Assembly (NCBI RefSeq): GCF_009914755.1
Contig: NC_060930.1
Strand: one strand, 5' to 3'
DNA length: 64,000 nt
Origin: the human T2T-CHM13v2.0 reference genome, Homo sapiens
The notes below the pieces were generated by a model that was given only the letters and a program-made list of their open reading frames with translations, did not search any database and was not told the DNA's origin. Position numbers and translations under genes: made by a program. Of this stretch, positions 44,356-58,205 are shown in pieces; the first letter of the stretch is position 1, and the number at the start of each line of letters is the position of its first letter.

Positions 44356-44547
44356 CATAGATCTGAATGTAAGAATAGTTTATATAGATTGTTCCTAGGC
44401 ACCTAACAATGAATCTGTTACCTACTAATTCCTAGGCACCTAACAGTGAATCTGTTATCTACTAATTTATTCATAGAATCTGAATAAAATAATAGTTTAT
44501 ATAGTTTGTTCCTAGGCACCTAACAATGAATCTATTATCTACTAATT
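44356..44547. repeat. Compound local tandem duplication
   Basis: Three copies of ttcctaggcacctaacaRtgaatctRttaYctactaa; two carry an upstream aatagtttatatag extension. Confidence 0.92.
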
Positions 44548-45399
44548 CAAAGTGTATGCTATTCCTGCAATATTTTACTTCCTCTTCAAGATAGATTTTA
44601 TTCTATTTATAAGTGAGTTTGTTCCTAAGGGCATAACTTTAAAAGGGAATAAAAATGTGCTCTTCTATAGTATTTTCTTATTTTGATAGATATATTTGTT
44701 ATTTGTGAAAGGCTTTCATTTCACTTATATGTGGCAGTTCAGTTGACATTAATAAAATAACACTTTACTTTTTACTCATTATTTTATAGTATGCATAATC
44801 TGTTAGGTTATAAGCTCTCCTAGTATTTTCTTGGTTTCTTTTGGGATATGAAATATTTCTGCATAATTCTTATGACCTATCGTAAGAAACTGACTTGTCT
44901 TAAGAGAGTCAACACTGCCATATTTGTTCTTTGCCACTATTCTTACACATTAGTAACTTTCTACTATTTTTACTTTACAAAGCATCTTTTGTTTCTATCA
45001 CATTTAAGATAAAATCCAGATAAAGCAATCCTTGGTTTCAGCATTAGTTAATTTCTAACAACAGTAAAATCAAATAGTTTCATCCGCAGGTGTATTTGTT
45101 TTTCACATTTTCATCAACCCTGAGGGAGGAACACAAGTAAAGTCTTGCAACATTGCCACAGTGTGTTATTTATATTCCCACTGGGTACCATTCATCCTAT
45201 TTCAGTTAGAGCCAACTATTTTCTAACACATTTAGATCGTTTTATAATTGTATTCTTACATGATTTACTACCATTCTTTGGTTTAATGGGGCTTATTTTA
45301 GGTCTGGTATTGAAGATAGAACATAATATTCCTTTTTCAGGTAACCAAAATATGTATTTTAGCTATTTAATGTAGTTGTTTGTTGTAGAGATCATGGTA

Positions 45400-46670
45400 C
45401 CTTCTAATGGATATAATAATTGTTTTAGGATAGGATATTCTTATTTTTATGTGAGTAAATATTTAATAACCAGCTCTTTGAAAGGAAAGTAAAATGGCTC
45501 TGATTTTTAGCATTAGAGATTTTCCTTATGTACGTAGTTCTATTCTGGCCTATTTCAAGATACCAAAGTAACATTAAATGGTTTTGAACAATTCTGAACA
45601 TTGAACAATTGGCACTCACAAGTTAGTTCTGCCATGCCATAGCGGGCTCCTATATTTCAAATGTGATCTGAATGTTGGAAAGACTTAGACTGTTCGTACT
45701 TCAGCTTATCTGAAACCCAGGATTTCTATTTTGGAGGATCCATATTCCAATTTGGTCCTTGTGATAGGTTTGTTTTATGCTATCCAAACTGGCAAGGATC
45801 TTTCCTGTTTTCCTGCCATCTAGCTATTCTAATACAATTAATTTAATAGATTAATTCTAACTTACTGTTATGTAACATATTGTTTTCTTTATTTTCCAAA
45901 AGCATGACTTAGACAAGAATCTTCATATATGATTTTATATTTTGGTCCAAAAAACAATTGCATGAGAGCTATTTCTTACAAATATTCTTACAAAATAATT
46001 TAAATGTATAGACTAAGGAGGTTTTGGGATTAAAATAAGAAGTTGGAATTTTTATCTATACTACTTTTTATTATTACCCCTTAGGATAAAATATGTTGTC
46101 AAAGTTATTCTTCTTTCTCTGAATTATAACCAATAGTGATTACTTTAGCTTTGCACATTTTCACAATTTTATCATTTTGCTAAGCTCTCTAAAATTAGAA
46201 ACATTTGTCTGACTAAGGATTTTAAAGATCCATCTTTAATTTGTTCAAGTTCCATGAGCCAGCATGACGCTAATGTTTGACTTAGAAGGAAAGGGGTAGG
46301 GGTTGTAGCTGGACACTGGATTCACTGATAGGATCCTCAAGAAATAGTCTAAGAAAACTCCTGGGTGGATGTCTGGTTTTGCTTAGGTAGATGATTACTT
46401 GGACTGGCACTATCTTTGTTGTACGAACTTTGGCTAAGAACCTTAATGCAATCTTTTAATCACCTTCTATCTGATTTTGGTCTTCTATTTCAACCTTTGT
46501 ATTCCTTAAAGCAATAGTGCTGAGGTATCCATTGAATATCATCTTACAGGATTGATTAAACAGAAATCAAAAATAATTTGGAGAGCTCTCTGTTGATTTC
46601 TGGTATCCTCACTTTCATTTCTGGATCTAGGTTGTATCTATGATTTCTTTTACTCTGTACAATATTTATG
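45400..46670 (-). mobile_element. Possible ancient non-L1 LINE reverse transcriptase fossil
   Basis: ITRTKLEYGS at 45736-45765 (minus) resembles the LINE RT C-terminal motif IRxKLEYGS; weaker RT-like motifs upstream in the expected order. Confidence 0.4.
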
Positions 46671-48010
46671 ACAAAAATCTACTTAAGTGTGACACTAAAC
46701 TCACCATCACCAACAATCAGATAGCAATGTGAAGCCTTGGGAAATAAATTTAGTATTTCTAAATATAGTATTTTACCACACATGCTTAACAAAGTTTATA
46801 TGACCTCTTATGACCACAGAAAGTACAACATAAAATGATATGAGCATAGGAAGTAGATATCTACAGGATACGTGATAGCAATCTACAAGCCTGTAAATTA
46901 CTATTTTTTTGAGCTGATAAGGAAAAAGAAAATTTGTTCACTTTGGTAACCAAGGAAGAACAATAAAGTCATAGGTTCAAATGTAAGAAGCAATGCTCAG
47001 GTTAAACATTATGATGGAAAATGGCAGATATTTTCAAATATTAGAAAAATGTTTATAGGAAGATCAATAATCCACTATTTTTAATTCAATTTGAAGGACA
47101 TAATTCCCCTCCCCCTTACTTGAAGCTTAGGAAGATGTTAGCTACAAGGTCTTTTTAGAGAATTAAAAAGAAGAAAACCTGCTTGATTTTCCCTTAAACC
47201 CATGTTCTTATACCAATGTTAGAATAAGATAGCAGCTGCTCTCTCAAATCATTCAAAACCCAGGAGACGTGGCTGTACTTGGTGATTGTAGCTAACTCAG
47301 CTGCTCTGGGGTTAGAGTTGCTTCCTCCTCTTCCTGCTACCACAAATATTTGGGAAATAATGTGCTGGGAGAAGGCACAGCTAGGATCTACAGCTGTGTT
47401 GGTAACCCCATCTCTTCATGGATTGGTGCTAACAAATAGCCTCTGAGCTCATAAGACCCTTTCTTGTAAGAAGACAACACTGTTACCACACACGTTTCCC
47501 TTCATGTAGAGGGGTCTACATTTCTGTAACACTCCTGGCTTCTTCCAGGGAAGGAAAAGAGAGTTACTTTACTGATGAGTTAGGAGGATAAAGAGTGTAC
47601 AGTCTTTTTCTCCCTCCCTTCAGCTTAACTAACACAGATTCTGTACTGCAACACCATGCCTTAATTGTAATGCTTCATAAACAAGGGAGTTGTGGAGGGA
47701 TTTTATAGCATTGCCTGTGATTGGGAGTACAGTGGGGGAAATGTCTATCAAATTATGCCATTTGATATTAGAAAGTCCACTGTTACAACATACATCTTTG
47801 CTATGCCCTATATTTTTACCTAATTTTTTTTTTACCTAATTGATTACCAAATTTTCACTGGTAATCAATGATATTTTGCTCTTTATACATATGAATTCTT
47901 TTTATCATTTAACAAATGGTTTAGAACTCAGACTGAGAGCAGTGTCTGTTATTTATTGGGCTCTGTATGTTTTAGAATAAAAGCATAATTCTTGGGAAAT
48001 TGAACAAGCT

Positions 48011-48270
48011 TGCTTTCTTTTTCTTTTTCTCTTTTATTTCTCTCTTATTTCCTTCCTTCCTTCCTTCCTTCCTTCCTTCCTTCCTTCCTTCCTTCCTTCC
48101 TTCCTTCCTTCCTTTCTTCCTCCCTCCCTCCCTCCCTCCCTCCCTTCCTTCCTTCCTTCCACAAGGTCTCACTTGTCATCCATGCTGTAGTGCAGTGGTG
48201 TGATCATAACTCACTGCAGCGTCAAACTTCTGGGTTCAAGCAGTTCTCCTACTTCAACCTCCCACATGGC
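48011..48270 (-). repeat. (CCTT)n/(CCCT)n tract forming the tail of a truncated AluJ/FRAM
   Basis: Pyrimidine tetramer array 48050-48160 followed by acaaggtctcac...gtgcagtggtgtgatcataactcactgcagc. Confidence 0.88.
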
Positions 48271-48562
48271 TGAACAAGCTATTTCTAAGCCTCCATCAAG
48301 CATGCAGCACCATCCTAAGTAGATGTTATCCAACTATGTCATAAATTATTGAAGGTATAAAGGGTCCTTTTATCTTAAGCATTATTTTATCTAAAATTAA
48401 TTTGATATTTTTCAAATGTAATTTCCAAGACCGTTACGGTACAGAAATAAATTGATCACTGGGTATCACAATATAAGCCCTACACATACTATAACTTAAT
48501 CTAACACTTATGGATAAAAGGACAGGAAAAGAAGGACATATGTAAAATGATTCTTATCGTAT

Positions 48563-48601
48563 GTGTGTGTGTGTTTGTGTGTGTGTGTGAGTGTGTGTGT
48601 G
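48563..48601. repeat. (TG)n microsatellite
   Basis: Imperfect TG array. Confidence 0.9.
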
Positions 48602-49789
48602 ATAGGGACCATTACATAATGCCTACCATCATTACATTTATTTTTTCTGTGGCTCAGGCATTGAAAGATTGTGTTCAGACTCTGGATAATTGCCTACACG
48701 ACCATTATGCCAGCTCTCCCATACATACTGTTCTTGCCATATTCTGGATATCTTCTAATGCAATGCTAATCTTTTGGCAGTGTACAATGTGAATACCTCT
48801 TGATACTTTCCGAAGTAGTGATTCTGAACTTCTTTGAAAAGAATGAAGAATTATTTTCCCAGGAACAAACAAAAACTCAAAAAGCATATACACAGATACA
48901 AAAATAAATTTTAAATGCAATTTAAGAGAATTTATGAACCTTCTAAAATCCACAAACATGATTTAAAAATCAAGCACTTAAAAAATCCAGTAATGTGTTT
49001 TTTGGTTTAGAAAATATTTGATTTAAGTGTGTCATCGAGGCTATAATAAACTCTTGAGTGAGCACAAGGAGACTGACAAAATACGATTGCTTTATTATCT
49101 TCCCCGCTCCTCCAATATTTGATCCTCCCAGATCATTGCAGCTTGCCTTCTGGGACTGACATTCCATAGAAAACATCCTCTTTGTGTAAGTATGACCCTA
49201 CACAGGAGATATTTTTTAAAGATACGCTGGTGCATATTTCATGTTAAGTTGTAAGGTAAACAAAAGAATGTTTATTTTGTAGGAAATTTTCTAAAAAACA
49301 TTGCCATGATTATCTCACTAGGGAAAACAATAATTAATATGTTTCTGTTTTTAATAGTGAGTGCTTGTTAAATTTTATAAATAATCAGAAATTATGCAGT
49401 AGAGCTACTGACTTTGGGCTATGAATTTTTTTTTAATTTCTATGTATGCATTACATTTGTTTCATCAACATTACATGAAACCACTAAGGAGAAACTAAAC
49501 TTTTCCTTCAGATATGACAGCTTTAGTCCTTTGACATAAGTGGTGTCTTAGCTACTGTATTACAAAGCACAGAAAAATAATGTTTCAACTGCGATGAAGA
49601 AGCGTTATTATCATTATACCTGTCCCCTGATATATTCGCCTCACTTTGGGTCCACAGGAGAGGGAATAAGGAGAACGGTTGTGGTAAAATTCTCTCTTTC
49701 TCTCTTCCTTTTCCCTTTTAGAGCACTGGGTGGAGATTAAGTCTTTGATTCAGTCATGTGATTGAAACAGAGATTATCTTTCTTGTTAA

Positions 49790-50120
49790 GCTGTAACTTA
49801 CATTCTGTAAAATTTAACCTTTTTGTGCCAGTTCTGTGTGTTTTGACAAATGAAGACACAGAATAGTTCCATAACTCCAAAACATTCTTCTCTGCCTCCA
49901 GATAGTCAAGCACTCTCCCTTCCACTTCCCAGCACCTGAAACCACTGCTTTGTTTTCTATTCCTATCATTTTGCCTTTGCAAGAATATTATTAAAATGGA
50001 ATCAGTATATAGCCTTGTCAATCTGGCTTCTTTCACTTAGCATAATGCATTTGAAATTTATCCATGCTGTTGGATGTATCAGTAGTTCTGTTTTATTGAT
50101 TAGTAATATTGAATTATATC
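49790..50120 (-). mobile_element. L1MC/ME 3' UTR fragment
   Basis: ctggcttctttcacttagcataatgcatttgaaatttatccatgctgttg. Confidence 0.8.
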
Positions 50121-51590
50121 ATCACTTTGAAAATAGGAGAAAGGTTCATGCAATAACTTTTTGATAAAACCTGGCATTTTCAGAATTATAAATTTAGGGC
50201 CAGAGACCTTTCTCCTCCATGTTAAATGAAGTGTGATGATGAATCTTTTGTGTGCCAGCCAGTGCTTTATATGATCTCACTGAGAATCTAGCTTGTTTGG
50301 GGTTTCTTTCATAAAACAAAATGCCAAGACACTTGTTTATCCGCAGATGTTGCATTTCTACCAAGAATCAGTCCCTGCCATGTCCTTTGGTCTCACAGTT
50401 CGAGTAGCAATAGCAGGTCCAACCATCCAGTACTAAGAATAAAATGCCATGAAAGTTAAATTAGAGATTTGTTTGCGCTATGGTCTAATTGTTTTCAATT
50501 AGAAAGATAGACTAGAGAGTATAGGAAAAAGATAGCTGGAAAAAAAACAGTTTGCAACTCTTCCAGATGAATTTGGCTGCGTAAGTCTGTTATTTTGACC
50601 ACCGATCATTTTATCCATACCAAAACAGGTCTTATTGATCATAGTTTAATTTTACTTCACTTTTACGATGACTAGTTTTTCTAATGAAAGTGATGAAATT
50701 AGATCTGAAGTGTTTCAATTGTATAAGATGTATCAGATCTCTGAAACTCTGTGCAATGCATATTTGAATAGGATTTGATTAAACTAGGCAATAGTGATTT
50801 ATACCTATTGTGATAGGGGGAAATAGAAAGGAAGGTGCCAGTACAGTTTTGAGATACATAGGGTGCCAGTTTACCTTTTTACTGCTTTAAAATACAATCA
50901 ACTGTTTTCTTAGTTTCAGATGCTCAACAGAGCTGACATTCACAGGCAACAACAGTAATAACATTTATTTGTTGTTACCTATAAGGATATATGATTTGGG
51001 AAGCATGTTAGAATTAAAGTAGCATTCACAGCAGAAGGACAAGAATATAATAGGTTGAAAGGCCTAAGAAACACAGGACTCATCTATTCTTTCAAAAACC
51101 ACATTCCCATGGGGCAAGAGGGCAGAGGATATCATTTCATTCTGGCTCTAAACTAGAAAAGTCGGTCTAGACCAGTGTACTTTTATCCGGACCTATCTGA
51201 CCTTGGTGTAAAATGATTATGGAAAAACTGTCATCAGTGGACTTGCTCTGTTGCTCTCCCTTTGGTAATACGTTTCCAAAATGCAAAAAGACAACTTAGA
51301 TGAGCCCATTCTGATTTTTGCCTAAGGAATTTATATTTGAGGCATCCAAAAATCATGATTATTGACACATCAGCTGGACTTATTTATTCATGTTCTGGTA
51401 GAGGAGGCAGAACAGCTAATAGAAGGTTTTTGTTTGTTTGTTTGTTCTTATTGCCAAGAAAGTGCTTTAATAGAAGGGGGAAAATTTCCTATCAGAGAGA
51501 AATTTTAGGGAAAACTATATAAAATAACATATTAGGACATTGCACCTGCATTACAGATTATGCACAGTGTTGCAACAAAATAGAATTAAT

Positions 51591-54500
51591 AGGAGGGGAA
51601 GGAACAAGGTGGTTGACTGGAAACATCCAGCACTTGCTTCCTCCACAAAGAAGTAAAAAAATAGGGAAGAGACAATTACATTTTGAATAGAACATCTAAC
51701 AGATAATACTGAAATTCAAAAGAGAAATGACAGGAAACCTGATACATGCAAGGAATGGGAAGCCAGGCAGCCAACTTTGCCTGGATTGACTGAGAACCCA
51801 AAGAGGCTCCCCTGTGTGGAGAAAGGGTAAATGAGAGAGCCTCAGTGGTCCACATTCCCACCAGGGTCTCCTGCAACCCTAGCCACGGGAAAACCCCTCA
51901 TCCTTTGCTGGTCCTGAGACTTGCAAAGGGAGCCACCAGATACTGCATAACAGCGTTGCTCTATGGAGGGAGCTTATGCTGGGTCCCACAGACACCTTGA
52001 GACCTAAGAAGCTGCAAGGCAGTGCCATTTTGAGAGCCTAGCCCAATTAGATTATATCATGCCTTGGGACCCAACAGCCCTAGAACCTCCACATTCTTGG
52101 AACCCCACTGAAATTACCCTGTATTCACCTGGGAGGGCTGTAGTGGCACAACACTGGCTGGACCTGGCAGTGGCAAGGCCCCAGCACTCTAGCCCACACA
52201 GAATCCTACACCCCAGGGAATAGACAGGGCAATGCAACAAAGAAGCTGCCCCTAAAACAAAGGAAACCAAGTTTGTGCTACCTAGATTCTGAGAGTCACT
52301 TTCCTGGGGCTGCTCCCCAACTACCCTGTCCCCACCCACAGCAGCAGGGCCACTGAGCACTAGCATGTTTCCTGAAGACAGGCTTTCCCTGTGTACCCTT
52401 CCTGCTGCTGTTGCAGGGGGCCAAAGTACATGCTCTCCATAGTCTGAAAGCCACCTGCCTGCCTGGGGATACTCCCACTGATTGCAACCCTGTCCCCCAA
52501 CAGCAGGGCTGCTGAGCATTTGCATGTACCCTGAGGAAAGCCTCTCCCTACCCACTGCTATGGATCTCCCTTCCCTACCCACCATAGCCTGTGCCATTAT
52601 GCACCACAGAGGGGCCTCATGACAGGCCTGCCTGGCCTGGCACTACACCTTCAGTGTCAGAGTAGGTCATCTGAGAGACTGAGGATTGCCCTTTCCAGCC
52701 TATCACCACTGGCATCTGTGTACTTCTCCTGGTTACCTGAGGAAGGGCCTAAGGAATTTATATTTGAGACATCCAAAAATGCCTCCAACCAACACCACTG
52801 GTGGCACCAACCTGCACATACCATCTAGGGGCTTGGGTACTGACCTTCCCAGCCCACAATAGACACTACTAACACTAATGAGTGCAGCTTAGGAGCCCAA
52901 GAGTGCCTTACCATCACTACTACCATTGCCCATTCTAGGCATGCAGCTCACGAGCCCTAGGATATGCCCACTCATCTCCTTGACCCCTGCCACTGTTGGC
53001 ACATGAGTGAGCTTCCAGGAGGCCCAAGAGCTAGCTCACCTGTACCTGCTAACACCACTGCCCATGTATGCCCCCATGGAAGCCCAAGGATAGACACAGT
53101 TGGCTCACCACTGGCCTCATGGAGCCTGAGGTCTGACCTACCTGGCGTCCTTATCCTCAGCAAAGCCTCAATACAGCCATCACTAAAAATTGCAGCTAAG
53201 CCACTGAGGAAATCATAGATGCCACTGAAGCAATTCAACGCCAAAAAATCAAAGGCAATAACAAAATTCTAAAAATATCAAGAGAAAAAAGCATCTGGTT
53301 ATATAAAAGGGAACCTCCGTCAGACAAATATTGGATTTCTCAACAGAAACCTTACAGACCAGACAGGAACAGGATGATATAATAAAAGTGCTGAAAGAAA
53401 AAAAACCTGTTAACCAAGAATACTACACATAGCAAAACTATCCCTCCTAAATGAAGGAGAAATAAAGTCTCTCCCACACAAGCAAAAACTGAGGTAATTC
53501 ATCACCACCTGACTGGCCCTACAAGAAATACTTAAGGGATACCTACACCTGGAAATGAAAGAACAATATCTATAATTGTGAAAACACAGAAAGGGACAAA
53601 ACTCAGTGGTACAGCAAAGACAAAATTAAAAAGAACAATGACTCGAGCATTACCACTAAAAATCAATGATAATAAGAAAAGAAGAAAGAAAATATATACA
53701 AAACAAATAAGAAAACAATTTTTAAAATGATAGGAATAAGTTCTCACATATTAATAATAGCCTTGGATATAAACAAATTTAAATTTTCCACATAAAAGAT
53801 ACATACTGGCTGAATGGATTAAAACAAACATGACCCAACAACGTGCTATCTGTGAGAAACTCAATTCATTTGTAAAGACACGTATAGACTAAAAGAAAAG
53901 GAATACAAAAAAAAAATTCCGTACAAATAAATGGAAACCAAAAGTTAGCAGGAGTAGCTATACCTATATCAGATAAAACAAACTTTAAGTCAAAAATAAT
54001 AAAAAGAGATGAAGAAGGTCATTATATAAAGGTATCAATTCAGCAAGAGAATAAAATAATTCTAAATATATATGCATTCAACACCAGAGCACCCAGCCAC
54101 ATAAAGCAAATATTATTAGATGTAAAAGAAGAGATAGACTTCAATACAATAACAGTCAGAGATTTCAATGTCCTGCTCTTAGCATTAGATGGTCTAGATG
54201 TAAAATCAACAAATAAACATTGATTTTAAACTAGATTTTAGAGCAAATAGACCTAACAGACATTACAGAACATTTTATCCAACAGATGCAGAATACACAA
54301 TCTTCTCATCAGCACATGGAATATCCTTCAAGATAGATAATATGTTAGGCCACAAAACAAGTCTCAATGAAATTTTTAAAACTAAAAATTATATCATCTA
54401 TCTTCTTAGACCACAGTGGAATAAAACTAGAAATCACTAACCACAGGAGCTTCAAAAACTGTGCAAATACAAGGAAATTAAAAATCTTTCTCTGTGAATC

Positions 54501-55758
54501 ACCGCTGGGCCAATTAATAAATTAAGAAGAAAATCAAAAAGTTTATTGAAATAAATAAAAATGGAAACACAACAAATTAAAACCTATGGAATACAGGAAA
54601 AGCAGTGCTAAGATAAATACCTACATAAAAAAAAATCTAAAAATGTCTCTCAAGGAGCTAGATAGCCAAAAACAAATTAAACCTAAAATCACTGGAAGAA
54701 AAATAATGACTATCAGCAAATAAATAATACTAAAGATCAATAAAATAAAAAAATTATATTTTTGACAAGATAAAATTGATAAATTACTAGGTAGTCTAAC
54801 CAAGAATAATATAAAAAATATTCAAATAAACAAAATTAGAAATGAAAAAGGAGATATTAAACTGATACTACAGAAATACAAAGATCATCAGAGACTATTA
54901 TAAACAACTATTTGCTAACAAACTGGAAAACCTAGAGAAAACAGAAAATTCCTGCATACATACAATCTACCAAGATTGAATTAGGTATAAATAGAAAACT
55001 TGAATAGGCCAGTAATGAGTAATGAGAATTAATCAGTAATAAAAAGTCTCTACCCTGAAGGAAAAACCCTGGACTGGATGGCTTCAATGCCAAATTCTGC
55101 CAAACATATAAACAAGAATTAACACCAATGCTCAAACTATTCCAAAATTTGAAGAGGAGGAACTTCACCCTATCTCATTCTAAGAAGCCAAGATTACCCT
55201 GGTACCAAAAGCATACAATGACACAGCAAACAAAGAAAACTACATACCAAAATCCCTGATTTACATAGATGCGAAAGTTGTAACCAAAATACTAGCAAAC
55301 CCTATAGAAAAGGTGATGAAAATCCACATAAAAAAGGTAACATATGATGATCAAGTGAGATTTATACCAGGGATGCAAGGATGGTTCAACATATACAAAT
55401 CAATAAATGTGATACATCACACCTCATATGGACAAAAACCATATGATCATAGATGCAGAAAAAGCATTTGACATAATTCAACATCTCTTCGTGATGAAAA
55501 CTCTGAACAAACTAGTCATAGAAGGACCATGCCTCAGTATAATGAAGGCCATATATGGTCAATCCACAGCTAACATCATACTGAATAGTGAAAAGATGAA
55601 AGCTTTTTCTCTAAGAACCAAAGAAAGGCAAGAATGTTCACACTGACCACTTCTATTCAACATAGTACTGGAAGTCCTAGTAAGAGCAACCAGGCAAGAA
55701 AAAGAAATAAAAACATCCAAATAAAAAAAGAAGATGTCAACTTGTCCCTCTTTGCAGA

Positions 55759-55790
<32 letters not shown>

Positions 55791-58205
55791 TATAATATAT
55801 AATATATATTATATATAATATATACGTATATATTATATATACGTATATAATATATATTATGTATAATATACATATATTTTATATATATATATACACACAC
55901 ACACGCACACACATACATATATATATACATATTTTTTTTTGAGACAAGGTCTTACTCTGTCACCCAGCGTGGAGTGCAGTGCGGAAATTTTGGCTCACCA
56001 CAACTTCCACCTCTCAGGCACAAGCAATCCTCCCACCTCAGCCTCCTGAGTAGCTGAGACTATAGGCATGCACCACCATGCCTGGCTAATTTTTGTATTT
56101 TTTGTAGACACAGGTCTCTCCATGTTTCCAGGCTGGTCTCAAACTACTGAACTCAAGCAATCCTCCTGCTTCAGTGTTGACATTATCTTATATTTAGAAA
56201 AACTTAAGGACTCTCCCTGAAAATTCATAGAATTGATACATAAATTTGGTAAAGTTGCAGGATACAAAATTAACATACAAAAATCAGTAGCATTTCTATA
56301 TACCAATAATATATTAGCTGAAGACAAATTAAGAAAGAAGGCAATCCCATTCATAATAGCTACAAAAAATACCTAAGAATTAATTTAACCAAGGAGATAA
56401 AAGATCTCTACAAGGAAAACTACAAAACAATGATGAAATAAATTAAGACATAAATAAATGCAAAGACATCTTATGCCCATTAATTGGAAAATTAATATAA
56501 TTAAAATGATCATACTATACAAAGCAATCTACAGATTCAATGCAATCCCTGTCAAAATACCAATGACTTTCTTTACAGAAATGTAAAAAAAATCCTAAAA
56601 TTTGTGTGAAGCCACAAAAGAGCCTGAATAGCCAAAGCAATCCTAAACAAAAAGAACAATGCTGGAGGCATCACACAATTTGATTTCAAAATATATTACA
56701 AGGCTATAGTAACCCAAACAGCATGATATCAAACACACAGACCAATGTAAGAAAAGAGAGCACTCAGAAATTCACATATTTACAGCCAACTTATTTTTGA
56801 TAAAAGTGCCAAGAATATACAATAGGTAAAGGACATCCTCTTCAGTAAATGATGCTGGTATAACTGGATATCCATATGCAGAAGAATGAAAGTAGGCCCC
56901 TATCTCTCACTTTATACAAAAATAAACTGAAAATGAATTAAACACTTAAATGTAAGACCAAAAACTATAAAACTGCTAGAAGAAAACATAGGGAAAACAC
57001 TTCAGAATAGTCTTCTAAAAATAAGATTTTATGTCAAAGACCTCAAAAGCCAAGGCAACAAAAAACAAAAACAGACAAATGAGACTATATTAAGCTAAAA
57101 GATTCTGCTCAGCTAAGAAAACAATGAACAGAGTTCAGAAGCAACTGGTTGAATCGGAGAAAATATTTGGATGCTACTCTTCTGACAAAGGACTAATAAT
57201 GAGAATATACAAGGAACTCAAACAACTCAATAGCAAAACACTAATCACATTTAAAAGTGAGCATGAATAGACACTTTTAAAAGAAGATGTACAAAATGAC
57301 CAACAGTCATGTGATCATTAGTCATCAGGAAAGTGCAAATCAAAATCACAATAGAATATCATCTCACCCTAGTTAGAATGGCTATTATAAAAAGTACAAA
57401 AAATAATGTATGTTGGCAAGGATTAAGTGAAAGGGAACTCTTACACACTGTTAGTGGAAATGTAAATTACTAAAGCTGTTACAGAAAACAGTATGGAGAT
57501 TTCTCAAAAACAACTAAAAATGGAACTACAGTACAATCTAGCAATTCCATTACTGGATATTTATCCAAAGGATAGGAAATCATTATATGAAAGAGATACT
57601 GGCACACCCCATGTTTATTGCAGCACTCTCCATAATAGGAAAGATAAGGAATCAATCTAATTGTCCAGCAATGGATGAATGATAAGGAAAATATGGTCTA
57701 TATACACAATAAAATACTATTCAGCCCTAAAAAAAGAAATTATGTCATTTGCAACAACATGGATAGAACTGAAAATCATCATTACATTAAGTGAAATTAG
57801 TGAGGCACAAAAAGGTAAATATCACATGTGCTCACTCATGTAGGAGGGAAAAGAGTTGATCTCATGGAGTTAGAGAGTAGAATGATGGTTACCAGAGGCA
57901 GGGAAGGATGTAGCAGGAGATAGAGACATTGGTTAATGGGTATAGACATAGAGTTAGATAGAAGGAATAAGTTCTAATGTTTAAGAACAGAGTAGGGTAA
58001 CTTTAGTTAACAACAATGTATTATTTCAAAATAGTTTGAAAAGAGAACTTAAAATGTTACCAACACATAGAAATGATAAATACACAAGGTGATGGACATC
58101 CTAGTTCCCTGACTTATTTATGATACATTTTATGCATGTAACAAAATACTGCATATACCCCATAAATATGTATAAATATTAGGTATCAATAAAAGCAAAA
58201 GAAAA
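51591..58205 (+). mobile_element. Near full-length L1MA-type (L1MA3/4-like) element, inactive, most of ORF1 deleted
   Basis: GC-rich 5' UTR 51591-53230, ORF1 C-terminus ~53250-53560, ORF2 remnants ([14 protein letters not shown]), L1MA-type 3' UTR ending ccccataaatatgtataaatattaggtatcaataaaa; imperfect TSD agaattaa. Confidence 0.93.
55759..56172 (-). mobile_element. 5'-truncated AluJ with expanded (TA)n/(CA)n tail inside L1 ORF2
   Basis: ~170 bp TA-rich tract then gagacaaggtcttactctg...actcaagcaatcctcc; L1 resumes at tgacattatcttatatttagaaaa. Confidence 0.9.

Noticed and set aside
44392-44547. CRISPR-like repeat-spacer array
   Set aside because: Eukaryotic context, three copies only, two directly adjacent with no unique spacers
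52052-53244. GC-rich ORF cluster as a gene or CpG-island promoter
   Set aside because: It is the CpG-depleted 5' UTR of the old L1MA element
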